Assembly: GCF_036321535.1 (NCBI RefSeq)
Contig: NC_087454.1
Span: 17,422,001 to 17,486,000 of the forward strand
Direction: 5' to 3'
Source: Camelus dromedarius
Taxonomy: Eukaryota
DNA: 64,000 nt
Below the pieces are notes generated by a model. The model had not been told where the DNA came from. It worked only from the letters and a program-made list of their open reading frames with translations, and made no database searches. Made by a program: the position numbers and the translations under genes. Positions 10,060 through 24,600 of the stretch are shown here, one piece after another. Within the stretch, counting starts at the first letter, position 1; the number at the start of each line of letters is the position of its first letter.

Positions 10060-12800
10060 TTGTATAATAGAAGGGAGAAAATGCCTGTAGACTGCCTAGG
10101 AACAGGATAGCATATTTGTACATTATTTTCAGTAATAAAGAGTTCAGTATGGACAGTCTCTTTTTACATAGACCAAAGAGGATTTTCGAAGAAAACAATT
10201 AGTGATTCTGTAGAAACTCTTAAGAAATTGTTCAGGTATCCAAAGATTAGGCATCAATGTACTCAATTTAATATTCATCTCAATTTTTATAGTTATCCAT
10301 AGACTTTGAACTCAATATTTAAGCCAACACGCTGAGTCCTTATGATTTATAATGTAGAAATTAATTTTGTTTTTAAAATGACATTATCTATCTACATTGT
10401 CATTATCTTGTGATTTGATTTAGTTCAATGCATAATTTATAACTGTAAAATTTTAAATAAAGTGATGTCAACTCATCAGGTTGAAGAAATTTAGTAAATT
10501 TAAATTAATTAGTGTTCTTTAAAGAAAATAACCCCTGTGCTTATGTAAACTAGAATATTACACTAACATTATTTTTACATTATGACAATAAGAAAGAAAG
10601 AGACATAGAGCCATTTTGTAAAGCAAAATTTTAAGCCAACAAATTTATCCAAAAAGTTATCTTGATTAGAAATATGTAATTTTTTTCTATAAGATTACAT
10701 ACATGCATTAAAATTTTAAAAATAATTTGAGTAGTTCTGTTTTGCTTCTTATCTTGTAACCTGTTAAATAAGACCACTAAATAAATTCAGTTAAGTTTTC
10801 TTTTTCAAAAAAAAATTTTTTTTTCTTTTTCTTCTGAATTACATTTTAAAGAGGTAGCACATTTAAAGCATCTGAATTTGATTTTTGGTCTTATTTTAAA
10901 CTGATATGTTTTTTAGTCTTCATATAATCTCTTTAATATGTAAGTTTACATTATAATTTTTAAATTTCTTGTTAAGGTAGATAATTTGCTCAAAATTATT
11001 TGTCTTCATCAAGCAGAAAATATTCTCAATCATTGCACGAGTTAGAGGAGCTAATTGTGAAACTGGAACAAAATTTAAAGAGATTTAATGTAAAAACAGA
11101 GCCAGAGATGGTATGTGTTAATCAGTTAAAGAAACAAATGGATTAAGATCAGAAATCCTTCAGGGATTACTGTTGCTGAGAATTTGTGTAAATTCTGACA
11201 CCCTTCTAAGTTTGGTAGGAAATTCTAGTTTCCAGACCCATCCTCACAATGAACTCGTTAAGGTTTAGAAACTATTAAATGTTTGTTTTATACAGGTATT
11301 GGGAGCCCTCTCTTTTTCTTCTGACTCAATAATTCTATTTATAATGACATTTCTTCTCTCTCCTCTCTGACCTTAAAAAGGCTGAAGGGACAATATTTTT
11401 TTGGAATTACTGAATCATAAACTTTAGACACTTCAGCATAGCAAGAGATAGGCCAGTTGCATGCTGGAGATTTGGTTTCCTTGTTTTCTTCCTTGTCCTA
11501 AGTCTCCTGTTAGGTCTTAACACTTTATTAAAGTTAAAAGTTTTAGGCAACTGTTTTATATTCATATTATCTCTGAAGTATGAATGTTATTTTTGGAGAT
11601 ATTGACAATTATTTGGATTCATACTGAGTAATCATGATAAAAGACAGTTTTGAAAGGAGAAAAGAAACAGCTTTAGTTAAAAGAACCCACAGTATACAGA
11701 CACAAAACACCAAACACAGTGAATCCCATCAAAGGCCAAAAAGAAAAACATCAACTTCCTGCTCTTGTGTTCTCAAATGCCAGAGAATATCAGAATCCTT
11801 GGACAAACACAAAACGCAAAAAAGATTAACAGATGAACGATTCCAGGTTCCCTGCGATCTGACTTAATGATCTGACCATAAACCCACTATGTCTAGCCAA
11901 TAGACAGAATACAATCTAAGAACCAAAATAAGAAACAAACTTGGGCAAAACAAATTTTAGTATGCAAATGCCAAGGGAAGATGATCAGAAAACTCAAGTG
12001 TCCAGGGCTAACAAAGATCCAATTTTCAGGTCACACACATTTCTTTGATTCCTATGGTGGGACTCAGTTAAACTAACAATGTCTTGGTGGAATCTTCAGA
12101 AATAAATGACCAAGGAATTAATGATTATCCAGCCTGCTCTTGTATTGAAGAGAAAACAAGCAGTTGAATTATTTCATCCAACAAAGGCAAACCAGAACTT
12201 ATATATGAGGAAAAGGGCAGAAGGGAAGGGAAAAAAAAAAAAAAAAAAAAAAAAAAAGATAAGAAACAGAAACTTGGTAGTCAGCCTGGATAGTGAATCT
12301 CTTAGCACATTTTTTGGGGTAAACTAGTTGGCAGTGAGGAGAGGTCAGTCTGGATTGGACCATCAATCCTTGGGCAGGCTCACTAGGGTCACAGGAAAAA
12401 TCCCAATTTCAGTTGTTGAAAGACTTGGGAAAACTCAAGAGTTTGGTTGAGGAGCTCCCATGACAAGCATCGGCCATTGTCTCATATTTACATTTCTATC
12501 TAAATTAGGTCAGGGGTCCCCCGGATTTTTCAGGCAACTTCCAGGTTAGGCAGCCAGTGTTGAAAAAAGGAGGCCTGTTTAGACCAGACAGGCCTTACTA
12601 TTTTTCCCAGATGTCAAAGAAAACTGCAGATTTAAGATCACCGGTACTTATGTTAAGTAACATAAATCATAATGTAACCTAACATCATACAAAATTTTGT
12701 TTTCCTTCTGACAGAATTTCCTGTACTCTCCTCACGTTTTTACAGGGAAAGCAAACTTTACTTACTCCTAGGTATTGAAAATGTGTTCTAGACTTTGACA
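10060..12800. mobile_element. Probable decayed ERV1-type internal fragment
   Basis: AT-rich sequence resembling MER4-group internal regions; no intact ORF; impression only, boundaries rough. Confidence 0.3.
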
Positions 12801-13308
12801 AAATGGAAAAAGTGTATCTTTCACCTTAAAAGCTGCCTGGAGCAAAGACCATGAGGAAACTGCTTCAGGGAAGGTGGAATTTCCCCGCCCACACCCTCCC
12901 CGCGGGTGCCAAGTAAAAGGAAGGTTCTCTAGTGGAGACTGATTATGCCAAGTTCAATGGCGTCCCTTCCTTTTCCCGCTGTTTCCCAGCCTTCAGTTTA
13001 GCCTCCCATAGAGACTTAACAAATTGCATTTCCTAAAGTAGTTCGTCAACCCCAACTGCCTATTACAAGTCCCCAGCCACCTAACCGTTTTAAAATTTTC
13101 ATGTTAGGATCACTCCGTATCAGTTACACCACACTGATCACTGGAAGTCTAAACAGTTTTTATGTAATTGGGGTGAGCCACTAATTGCAACGGCAAATGG
13201 ATAACGTGGGGTAATAATGTCAGGAGCGACAAATGGGCAATGCTTTTATTTAATTATGGAAAAGCAGTTTTTGCACCAACTCCACTGTACGAAATTAAGT
13301 GGCAGATT

Positions 13309-13350
13309 GCAGCTCTTTTTGTGTATACGTGGGTGGCTCTTAAAAGAGCC
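13309..13350 (-). terminator. Histone stem-loop and HDE of H2BC4
   Basis: GGCTCTTTTAAGAGCC at 13350-13335; AAAGAGCTGC at 13318-13309. Confidence 0.95.
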
Positions 13351-13384
13351 TTTGGGGTTAGGTGNNNNNNNNNNNNNNNNNNNN

Positions 13385-13765
13385 NNNNNNNNNNNNNNNN
13401 NNNNNNNNNNNNNNNNNNNNNNNNNNNNNNNNNNNNNNNNNNNNNNNNNNNNNNNNNNNNNNNNNNNNNNNNNNNNNNNNNNNNNNNNNNNNNNNNNNNN
13501 NNNNNNNNNNNNNNNNNNNNNNNNNNNNNNNNNNNNNNNNNNNNNNNNNNNNNNNNNNNNNNNNNNNNNNNNNNNNNNNNNNNNCCATAGCCTTGGACGN
13601 NNNNNNNNNNNNNNNNNNNNNNNNNNNNNNNNNNNNNNNNNNNNNNNNNNNNNNNNNNNNNNNNNNNNNNNNNNNNNNNNNNNNNNNNNNNNNNNNNNNN
13701 NNNNNNNNNNNNNNNNNNNNNNNNNNNNNNNNCGGGGCAGGAGCGGACTTGGCTGGCTCAGGCAT
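13385..13765 (-). CDS. H2BC4: Histone H2B type 1-C (mostly masked)
   Basis: ATG at 13765 ([11 protein letters not shown]); unmasked island SKAM places Met60 at 13588, exactly in frame; stop inferred from 126-aa length; divergent from H2A. Confidence 0.88.
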
Positions 13766-14493
<728 letters not shown>

Positions 14494-14536
14494 NNNNNNN
14501 NNNNNNNGAATTTCCCGAAGTGCTTTAAAACCCAAA

Positions 14537-14577
14537 GGCTCTTTTCAGAGCCCCCCACTACTTCGAAAGAAGAGCTC
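14537..14577 (+). terminator. Histone stem-loop and HDE of H2AC6
   Basis: GGCTCTTTTCAGAGCC at 14537-14552; AAAGAAGAGCTC about 15 nt downstream. Confidence 0.93.
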
Positions 14578-16049
14578 ATATCGCTATATAAAGCTAAGGA
14601 GTAAAAGTAGATGAAAGGTAAGTTAGTAAATTAACTTTCCTAAACGAGTAAGCATTTAGAATTTTAAAGAAGCCTTAATGTGTTTCTAGAAATTGGTCTG
14701 CTTTTGAAGAAAGTCATAAATTGGTGGAAGCTTGAATATCCTCACGAAGTAGCTAAGTATTCTGTGACAGTCGAATTAAGTTAGTAACACCTAAATATAG
14801 TTTAACAGCAAAACTAACGTGATCTCTGAACTCTGGCACACTACTTGGATGTTGAGAGTAAATGTCTCGCGTGTAATAGCCAGACACTTAGACGGCTAGT
14901 TTTAGGCTGCAAGCCTCTCGCCTTCCCTAATTCTGTAACCTCTAATCCTGTATGGGAGTTGGGTCCTCAGCTCCTGCTAACTTTCAGTTACCTTTTGAGA
15001 CTTATAAGGGGATTGAAAGGGGCTTCTGAAAAATTGATTGCCGGAGTTAACATGAGGTAGCGCATTACAGACTGAACCTAGACTCGAGTTGTGGCGTCTC
15101 CCTCGTTTACAAACAGATTTGGGGCTAATTTAAAACCTGGTACAGTTTTGTCACATGTAAACTGAGGGTAGGGTGATTATATCTTTATAGATTTTTTTTG
15201 ATAATTAAACCCCTTAAGATCCCTAGTCTAGATCAGCGCCTGACCTTCAACGAACTACGTGTAATTTCTATTAAGAGGTGTAAATGCCTAGGTTCCGAAT
15301 GCAGACCCAAAAGGGGTAGAGTAGGGCAGCAGGCCTCCCCGAAACAGTTTACTAGGGATCTGGTATATTTGCTGCTCCAACCCAAAAGTGTCGATCTGGG
15401 ACTGTCCAAAAATCCTTAGATCCTGTTTTCCAGGGTTGTTTCATCAAGATTTTCTTCTGGATGACTCGGTTTGTAATGAGGCTGAGTGGGCCAAAGCTCG
15501 GGACCTCGGCGGCCTAGGGAGGCGCATTCTCAAAGACTTCTGGAGCTTCACTGAAGCCTTTTGCGTAGAATCCTTCGTTTGAAGCATTCAAATCCGAGTG
15601 TACGGGGAGAGAATCTAAATAGAAGCTGGTTCCCGCGAACGCGCATTCCTCCTCCCAACGCTGGCACACATATCCCATAGTCTTGAGGCAGTCTCCCCGC
15701 TCTCGACTCCCTCCCACGCTACCTCTCCACCCCCCACCCCCACCCTCACTCGGGCCTTGAAACTACCATCCAAAGACCAGGCTAGTGTCTGGGTGTTTGA
15801 AGGCAAAGTGGTGGAAAAAGAAGTGAGCACCTTAATGGCCACACGTTAGAATCTCCTGAGTTTTTAACAGTAGTCAGCCTGAAAAATCACGGTTTGGCCT
15901 AACAGCATTTCAGGCAGGGGTCCACTGAGAGGACCGGGTTCTTTCTGCGCAGAATTTCTTTCTTGGAACTTGTTGGAGAACTTGTTTCCTTAGATTGCAA
16001 TTGCTTTATGTGGACCGTGGGACACTTTATTTATTGACTTTCAAAGTTG

Positions 16050-16400
16050 CCTTTGAACCCAGCTCTAACACTTACTAGGTGTGTGACCTTGGGCTAGGTG
16101 ATCAACTTCTCCCTGTGTCGATTTCTTCTTACATACCTTTGCTTGTCTTGTGATGAAAAGAGTGGGCTCAGCAGTGTAGTTTCTGAAATTAGAACAAAGG
16201 GTGCTCAGAGTAATGGCCAACACTTACTAAGCACTTACTGTGTATTAGGTACATTTCTACATGCTTCCAGCATATTTAACCCAGCAATCTTAGAGATGCG
16301 TACTATCCCTACCCCAATTTTAAAGATGAGGAAACAGAAAGAGAGCATAAACAATTTGTCTAAGTTCCAAGGTCAGGAAGCCCACTGGCTATTCTATAAC
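16050..16400. mobile_element. MIR SINE fragments
   Basis: cacttactaggtgtgtgaccttgggc...; cacttactgtgtattagg...; attttaaagatgaggaaacag...tgtctaagttc. Confidence 0.6.
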
Positions 16401-16616
16401 CAACTGCTCCCTAAGAGATCACTGTCAGAAAAATGAAACGAGAAAAAAACTCAATGAGTTTAACTGCCACATACCAGAATGTCTCTGCTTGCATCCTAAA
16501 CTTTGAAAATTTTAAGGGAAGGGGGAGAGATGATCTCCCTGGAATCTACAAAGAGGGAGGGAGGTAAATCTTGTCAGTGAGTTAGCTACACATTTTTGTG
16601 TTAACCAATACACTTT

Positions 16617-16865
16617 TTAAAATTGTTATTGAAGTATAGTCAGTTTACAGTGTGTCAATTTCTGGTGTACAGCATAATATTTCCTACGTATACATACATA
16701 TATTCATTTTCATATTCTTTTTCATTGTAGGTTACTACAAGATAGTGACTATAGTTCCCTGTGCTAACCAGTATAAATTTGTTTTTTTTTTTTGTATAGT
16801 AGTTAGTATCTGCAAATCTTGAACTTCCAATTTATCCCTTCCCATCCCCTTTCCCTCCTGGTAAG
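16617..16865 (-). mobile_element. 5'-truncated L1 3' end with 12-bp TSD
   Basis: ttattgaagtatagtcagtttacagtgtgtcaatttctggtgtacagcat...; TSD ccaatacacttt at 16605-16616 and 16866-16877. Confidence 0.8.
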
Positions 16866-17699
16866 CCAATACACTTTAGATTTAGTGTGTGATAAGTGAA
16901 ACGGGAGACGTGGGGAGATGGTTTGGTAAAGAGCTATGGGACTTGGTAAGGAAATTTATTGTGAGTGAAGAAAGGAGTAAGAGAAGACTTGAATTTGAAT
17001 TTTCCTCTCTGGTCTCCAATAACAAAACTTTGATTATTTACGAGTGAAAGATATGTTGTGCTAATTGTGTTTGTTTCATCTTCAGCAAGACCTCCTTAAG
17101 GTCAAGGGCACCATCTTGTTAAATTGTTGATAGTCAGCATAGATTCTGGCCTACAATAAACATTTGATAATTGGACATTGAGTAAATGTTGAGCTGAGTC
17201 GGTTACTGGGCCATCAGGAAGCAGTTTGTTCTAGAGGGTCAGTTTATTACCAGGAGCTATTAATTATTCACTAGACTAACAGGCTGCTAATAACATCTCT
17301 CACTGGTATAAAAAAAAAAAAGAAAAAGTCCCTTCTGAAAACCTAATATGCATCAGCAACTTATTTTGGGAACTTCAAAGAAACACATAAGGTGCCAATT
17401 GACCAAGAGATACTGCTGTTCCCCAAGCAAAGGACATTCCTGTGCTAATGTCCAGAGCTCTGGCCTACCTTCCTCTCTCCAACATAACATACTTCCTTGC
17501 CTCCTACTTTGAAATGTCATTGTTTATATCCAAAAGCCCTAGTTACCTTTTGGGAAAATTCTCTAGTGGGCAATAAACGCTCAGTAGCTTTAGTTGGTTT
17601 CCAGCCCTTGAGTAGGTCTCCATTTACCATGCCTCAAGGGTCCTGGAGAGAACCATTTAAATTGGGACAAGTTGATGAGAATGGTAAACCCAGGCCTTC

Positions 17700-18800
17700 C
17701 AATTAACTGAAGGCACCAGGGACAAAAGTTCATCTTATTCACTGAGATGTGAGGCTGAGACAGAATAATCATTCAACTATATAGGATATTCTGACAATGC
17801 AGATCAATTTGCTACAACATCACTGACTATAAAATTTCTTTAAAATTTCCAAATCTATGCAGCAATATCCTTTAATGCATCCATCATCCATTAACTTCCT
17901 ATTTTTTAAATGTATCTTTTTTTTTTTACAAATATGATACATTTTATAATCAGTTGTAAAAATATATACCTATTTTAAGGTTAGAAGTAGGTTACATTCT
18001 AAGGGTTTGTCATTTCTTGATCCTAAATTATAATTATAACTTAATTATAAATATAAATACCCTGTTAAGTATAATGCATGTAGATTATTAGAAGATGTTA
18101 GGAATTTAATGAAGGATTCTCCATACATACTAAAATTGAGAATAAGTATTCATATGTACCCCAGAATTCTTCCTTCTCTATTTTACTTAAAATACCTTGA
18201 TAATGTGCCAAACTGAGTTTAGCATCATCAGAAGATCTACCAAAAGGCAGCTATAGTCTATATTTACACCCAGAAAACGGTATCATTAGTAAATAGACAA
18301 ACCTATGGGAAAAACTAAGTAAGTTTAAGTGTTATAACACCAAAAGAACTTGGAACATGACATGTATACTTTAAAATAAAGTGAATTCTCAGACATGGAA
18401 TTAATGTAGTCATATTGAAAAAAATATCAGACCTTCATTGGACTTAATTACATTACAGTTGTTTAAGTTGTATTTCGGGCAGGGTGATAGAACCAACACC
18501 TCTTAAGACTTAGGACTTACGCTCATTACTTATAGTTGAGGTTCCTTCTGAAAGAAGCAATTGTGCCAAGCCTCAGGGTCTTTGTTGCATGTTACTTGTC
18601 TGCCAGTTGGAGCTTAAACCTTAACCATATTCCTCACTCTCAGAGAACCAGGCAGCAGCAGGTAAGAATGTCCATCCTTTCCTGTATTCAGTTACAGCCA
18701 GAGCCGAAAGTACAGGGCTTGACTTTCTGCCATGACAAATTATCTTGCATTAAAAAGCTATCTTAAAATGGTCAGGCTATCATTTGCTTTAAATCTTAGG
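17700..18800 (+). mobile_element. Possible decayed hAT transposase remnant
   Basis: Scattered translations FPNL, SVTARAES and LKSYL resemble the hAT C-terminal dimerisation motif; frames are broken. Confidence 0.3.
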
Positions 18801-19019
18801 ACCTTGGAGCTTGGTACTAGCCCCTATTTACTCTGTCTCCTTGAAGATTTTACCAGTACGATAGTTTCAAAGGCTATCAGTATGCAGCAAACTAATTTTA
18901 TATCACCAGCCCTGATGTCTTCCCTGAAATGCACATGTGTGCATACAAATTTCTACCTGACACCTTCACTTGGAACCCTAACAGACCTCAAAACCTAAAT
19001 ACATTAAAGACACAAGACT

Positions 19020-19430
19020 TAACATTATGCTCCCTAAGCCTGTTATCCCTCCAATCTTCTGCAATTCAGTAAATGACATTACCATAAATCCATTTACTCA
19101 AGTCAAAATTCTAGAGTGAGCCTTGCTGCCTTTCCTTCATCTCCACAGATCCAAAAATATCTGTAAATCATGTCACCTACACCTTTACCACATAATTTAT
19201 TCACTGTGCTCCTTACCAAGACCAGAGGGGCCGTCTATGGCCGTCTTTGACCTCTGCCCACCTCCCCATCTCCATCATCTCTCTGTCCAGCTACCCTGGA
19301 CTCTCTTCCCACTGCCAAGCACTTTGCTGCTTCAATACATTTGCACTGTTGGTCTCTTTCTCTGCAGGGCCTGTCCTCTGACTTCTCTTCCGGCGAGCTG
19401 CCTCTCAGCTCTTCAAGCTTGTCTGAAATA
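19020..19430 (+). mobile_element. L2 fragment
   Basis: cttctgcaattcagtaaatgacattaccata...tcaagtcaaaattctagagt...gcctttccttcatctcc. Confidence 0.5.
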
Positions 19431-21221
19431 GACCTACCCAGATGGATTAAAGATCTAAATACAAAATACGAATACTCAATGAAATTTTAGGGAACAGTTT
19501 GTATAACCTCAATTTTGTATGTGTGTGTTTTGAGGGAGAGTTGTCATTATTAAGCAAGACAGGAAACACAAGTGCCATATAGGAAGGGACACAGACCACA
19601 AAGGCCAAAAATAAATTTAAGATGAAATACAGCACAGAGAGTAGAAAATAAGCAGGAAACTGGGATACAGGATTTGCTAAACATTATACATCAAAGGTTA
19701 ATGGTCTTAATTTAACCATTAGGTTAAAGACCTGCAAACTGCTAGGAAAAAAAATTAGAAAAAATACTTATCAGAATATTTTCTGTTTCATTAAATTCCA
19801 ATAGACAATACATATGAGAAAAAAACAAAGCAAAAAATGTACAACTATTCACCTTCCTACAAGTTAGATTATGCATATTACAGCAACAGTGGAATAGCAC
19901 TTCTCACTATGGATAGATAATCACTAAACCAGTATTACTTAGGATGCTAAGGATGAGGAAGGATTGCCACAGCTATATAATCTTTTGAGAAAATTTCCTG
20001 GCAACATATATTCAAATTGATCCATAGACACTTGACCTTTTGCAAAACAAAATAGTATTAGATTAATTAAGTAAATCAAGAAGAAAAAAATAGAAAGTAG
20101 AGAAGAGAGGGTATCGACCGTCTAGAAATAAAAACCCCACTATGTGAGGTTATATGAGGAGAGATTGTTAACCTGTATAAGCAGTTGTGTGTAAAGTGTT
20201 AAAATCAGTGTGTATTAAGTTTGTAACTTAAAGTATAAAAAGTACCCTCCCTCTGTACACTTCTCACTCCAAGTTACTTTCTATCAATCATCCTGCTTAG
20301 ATTCTTGAAAATACAGTCTTAAGATTTTTATCAGATCCCTTGTTTGCCTGTCCCCATTGTACTCTGCTCCATGAAGTGTGGGATCTGCTCTGTCTACTCC
20401 ATATGACATCTCAGCATCTATGAGAGGGCCTGGCACTCAACATTCTGGGGACTGAACCAGGGACTGTATCTTGTAGCCCAGAAAGCCCTCTCAGAGCCCA
20501 GGAAGCACATGATTATCTGAATTTCTGTATAAAAATGTTTGCTCACTAACCATTGTTACTACATTGACTACTGCCCTACACAGCTCCCCAAATGGCAGTG
20601 AAATTTGAAGTACTGTGTACTCAATTTTTTTTTCACACTCTACCTTTTGCCAGATTTTTGAACTGACCCCTCCAGACTTAAATGTTTCATGATAACCCTC
20701 AGTGGCCCAGGAATACCTAATTCCTTTAAGGGCCTATTCTCTGCTGGCTGATACCATGCAGAAAAGAATCCTCTTTAATACCCTCTGAGTTTGTGGTTAT
20801 TAAATGTTTGCTTAGAATCAAGGAAAGAGAAGGGTGTGTGTGACCAAATCAATGCTGTTGCATCCACTTACAATGTCTGTTCTGCACATAAGGGCACCTT
20901 GGTGGCTTTTACATTCTAATGTTGGGGTTATCCAGTAAACAAGACCATCTACAGGGTGAGTATGTCAAAAAAATTTGATCATGCATCTCCATACCCTGGC
21001 ACATCACAGCCTTTCCATATAATAGATCTTCAGTAAGTATTTGGAATGAATACACAGAATTAATTTGTTGACAACAAAAGTTGTATCTGCACAGAAATGG
21101 AATAATCACTAAGCTGCAGGGACTTGGGAGTTTATTACTGAGTTACAGACCATTTTAGCCACCACTTGGTTTCAAATTCCAGTTGCTAAATTTGGAGGGA
21201 GATACATAACTGGTTCTTGAG

Positions 21222-21390
21222 CTGCTGTCCAATATAGTAGCCACCAGCTGTATATGACTTTAAATTTAAATGAAATAACATGAAAAATTCAGATCTTCAG
21301 GTGCACTAACCACATTTCAAGTTGCTGATGGCTTCTGTACTGGGCAGCAAAGAGAACATGCTTGTCAATGCAGAAGTTTGTGTTGGTAGC
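21222..21390. mobile_element. MER33/MER3-like hAT-Charlie element
   Basis: gctgtccaatatagtagccacc...aaaattcag...cactaaccacatttcaagt. Confidence 0.6.
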
Positions 21391-21477
21391 ACCTGGCTAG
21401 GTGGTACTTGCCCCTCTGGGCAAACATTCAAATGCACTTACCCAGGCTCCTCCAGGTGGCATCTGAAGATATACTTA

Positions 21478-21661
21478 CCAGACATGATATGGGATGTTCA
21501 ATTAAATTTGAATTTCAGATAAGCAACAAATAATTGTTTTAGTATAAGTATGCCTCCAAATATTATACAAGACATAGTATACTGAAACAAAAATGTTTTT
21601 ATCTGAAATTCACATTTAACTAGGCACCTTGTATTTTTATTTGCCAAATCTGGCAACCCTA
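21478..21661. mobile_element. MER53-like palindromic hAT MITE
   Basis: aattaaatttgaatttcagataa ... ttatctgaaattcacatttaac ... aaatctggcaaccct, with internal inverted repeat. Confidence 0.6.
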
Positions 21662-24600
21662 TCTGAAGAGCAAAATTAGAGCATCTTCCCCAGGAGGCTG
21701 GGTCCTCTTACCACGGGGAGTTTTTATGTGAGGAATTGAGAAGCGCTGATACCCCAAAAGGAGCAAAGTCATTGAAGGAAACAGGTTTAGTGAATTTTTC
21801 TGCAGGTGTTGAAGACTGAGAAAGAAGTTCCCAAATACATTTACTTTCGTTTCTTCTCTCCTCTTAGGTTTCAAAAGCTTCCCACTACAAAGAGATGCCT
21901 GTCATACTCATCAATTCTCAGAAATAAATGGATAGATGGCATCAATGTTCTGACGTCACTGATTGATTCTGCACCTGCAAATTTTTGTCCTATTAAAAAC
22001 TTAACCTGGATTTCTTTCTTTGTGTACTGTGTACCTTGAAGATAAGGAGAGTAAAGGAGGAAGTAGTGGGAAGTATTTCTGCAGAGAAACTCTCTTTAGT
22101 ACAAAATGTGTCTAATTTCTTGAATGAGTAATACGTTTAGAAGATTCAAACAAATAAAAATAACAAGGTATATATTTATAATCCACTCCTTGACTGGATT
22201 ACTCTGCTGTTTCCTAGGTAACATTATTTTCCTTGTGTATCTGCCCATTGTTAATTCATGCTGATGTGAGTCAAGAATGAATGTGTTTTCTCTCCCCCAC
22301 CCTTAGCTTTTATTCTTAAGATAGCAGACGGTATAAACGTGCTCTTTTCTATAATGATATACCTTGGAGAACTTTCCAGCTGTGAACACAGGGGCCTTCC
22401 TGTACACCGTCTCATGGTATTGTGCTGTGTGGATGCATCACAGTTTATGTAACTTGTCCCCTCTTGGTAGGCACATGAAACAATTCTGGAATAACAAACG
22501 CTGATGTACACCAAAATGGAAATTGTTCTAATTTTCTGCTGGGATAGTGGAAAGTGAACAGAAATGCAGGTCACTCATGGATTGGACTCAAGGTTCCTTC
22601 CCTTAAAAACTATGGCATTACCCAAAATAAGTCATTTTGAACCTCGGGTTCTTCATCTATAAGATGGAGGTAATATGGTACCTTAAGTAATTATGAGAAT
22701 GAAAAAATTGGAGCTTTGAAGACTAGCACAAATAAAATTATTTAATTTTCAACACCATTTCTTTTGTGTTGTAAATAGCATATTGTAATAGGAGCAGGCT
22801 CCCCAGATTCCAGCCTGGCAAGATGAAATGAAAGATGGTAGAAAGAGGAAGGTGGTTTTCATTAATTACTTGGTGAAATGGCAATTTCCTCTCATAGTAA
22901 GAAGCCACCGCCTCTCAATCTGCCTGCATCTTTGCCCCTCTGCAGTCAAGGTCAGGGTTTGAAAATGTCTCTGCTACTCTTAAGCCTGTGTATTGGGGGC
23001 TGGAGGCCTGGGTGGTCCACTGCTGTGTTGCCTGCTCTCAGCTGGTGTCTGACATTGCCTGGCATGTACTAGTCATTCTAAAAATATCTGATGAATTCAT
23101 AAGGCTGGGTTGTCAGAAGGACACATCCAACTTAGTCTTAAAAATGCCTATAAAAATAAGTCTACTCATAGTGGCTTGTGTGTATGCGCACACACATATA
23201 CACATACACATAGCACAGACATGCAGTGAGATGTCCTGGAAAGATGGGAATCTGGGTTTGTGTTCCAGCTTTGCCGTTTACAAACTGTCTGACTTGGGGT
23301 GAATCACCTGCCATCCCTGCAAATCAGGCTTTTCATCTGTCAAATGGGATAATCACACCTCCCAGAGTTTTGAAAACTAATCATCGGAGATAGTGCATGA
23401 AAAAGCACTTTATTACTTGTCAAACCTAATATAAACATGTACAAGATTATATAAAGATAGAGAAAATATCTATCCTTTACTGATCTATCTCCACATGTGG
23501 AAAGTAGGAGAGGATGTTGGGATTTCTACCTTAGGATTTGCCGGCATCTACCTGGAGACACTGAAGTGATTTTGACTATGCTAAGCCAGAGCGCTACCTG
23601 CTTCTGGTGGCAACTCCCCCAGGGTAGGAGGAAGCTTCTGGAGGAGTGAGGCTGGCAGACACGTGATATTCAAATAGCAGTGGATGCACCCACTCACCTG
23701 CCACCAGGTCTCCTCCAGGTACAGAAGCAGCAGCCCCAGTGGGCTGGGTGGGTGTTTCAAACACAGCTGAGCCACCTCTCCAAGAGCAGAAACTCCTAAG
23801 ACAGGGATGCTCCAAACTGTGTCTACTCTGGTTGGGTTCAATATGACTCCCTAGATATGGAGAATCACCCCTACCGGGTACCTGAGTAATGACAGTGAAG
23901 AAAAGAAAAATGTGGAAGGTCATTAAAGAAAAGGGCCCTAGATACACTGGCCCCGTGGTGGGAAAGAATAAATGAAGGGGAGAGCACAGAAGGAAACTTC
24001 TATTTCCTTTAGCTCAGTCCCTCCAGGCTGTGGATGAAGAGACTGGGGCCCTGAATCACTGGTCTTTGCAAAGGCACGAAACAGATGGGTGCTTTGTACA
24101 TGTCCACACACTGGGCTATATTTCTGCCCTTGCCACCTTCATCCTCTTAGGCATTCAGTGAAAAATCTCCATGTCACTTTGAATCCCTCCTGCCTTTGTT
24201 CCTACTCTGGGCTCAGTGTAACATGGGTAGCCTGGAACTGGCCACGGTGGGAGTATTTGCACCACAAGAATTAGCAAACACTGCAGATCGGGATTTGGGG
24301 GTGGGGGGTTTCCTGGAGAACCAGTTATTAAACTTATTTACCAACACACCACTGCCTTAAACATTCTTTGTTCCTGCCGGGTAAGGCTTCTCTCTGACCT
24401 CTCATATCTGTCTCTGTTTCTCTGTATCTGGTCTGATTTAATTCCCACACTCTGATGATCTGCATCCACTGTGATCCATTCCCATCTGCTGCATTCCTGT
24501 ACCAACTTTCCAGATTTTATGAGGAAGTCTGGAACACACATCTCACCGATTCTCACCTGCCTCACCCCTCACTTACTCCAGGCTTTGGCTCAAATGTCAC

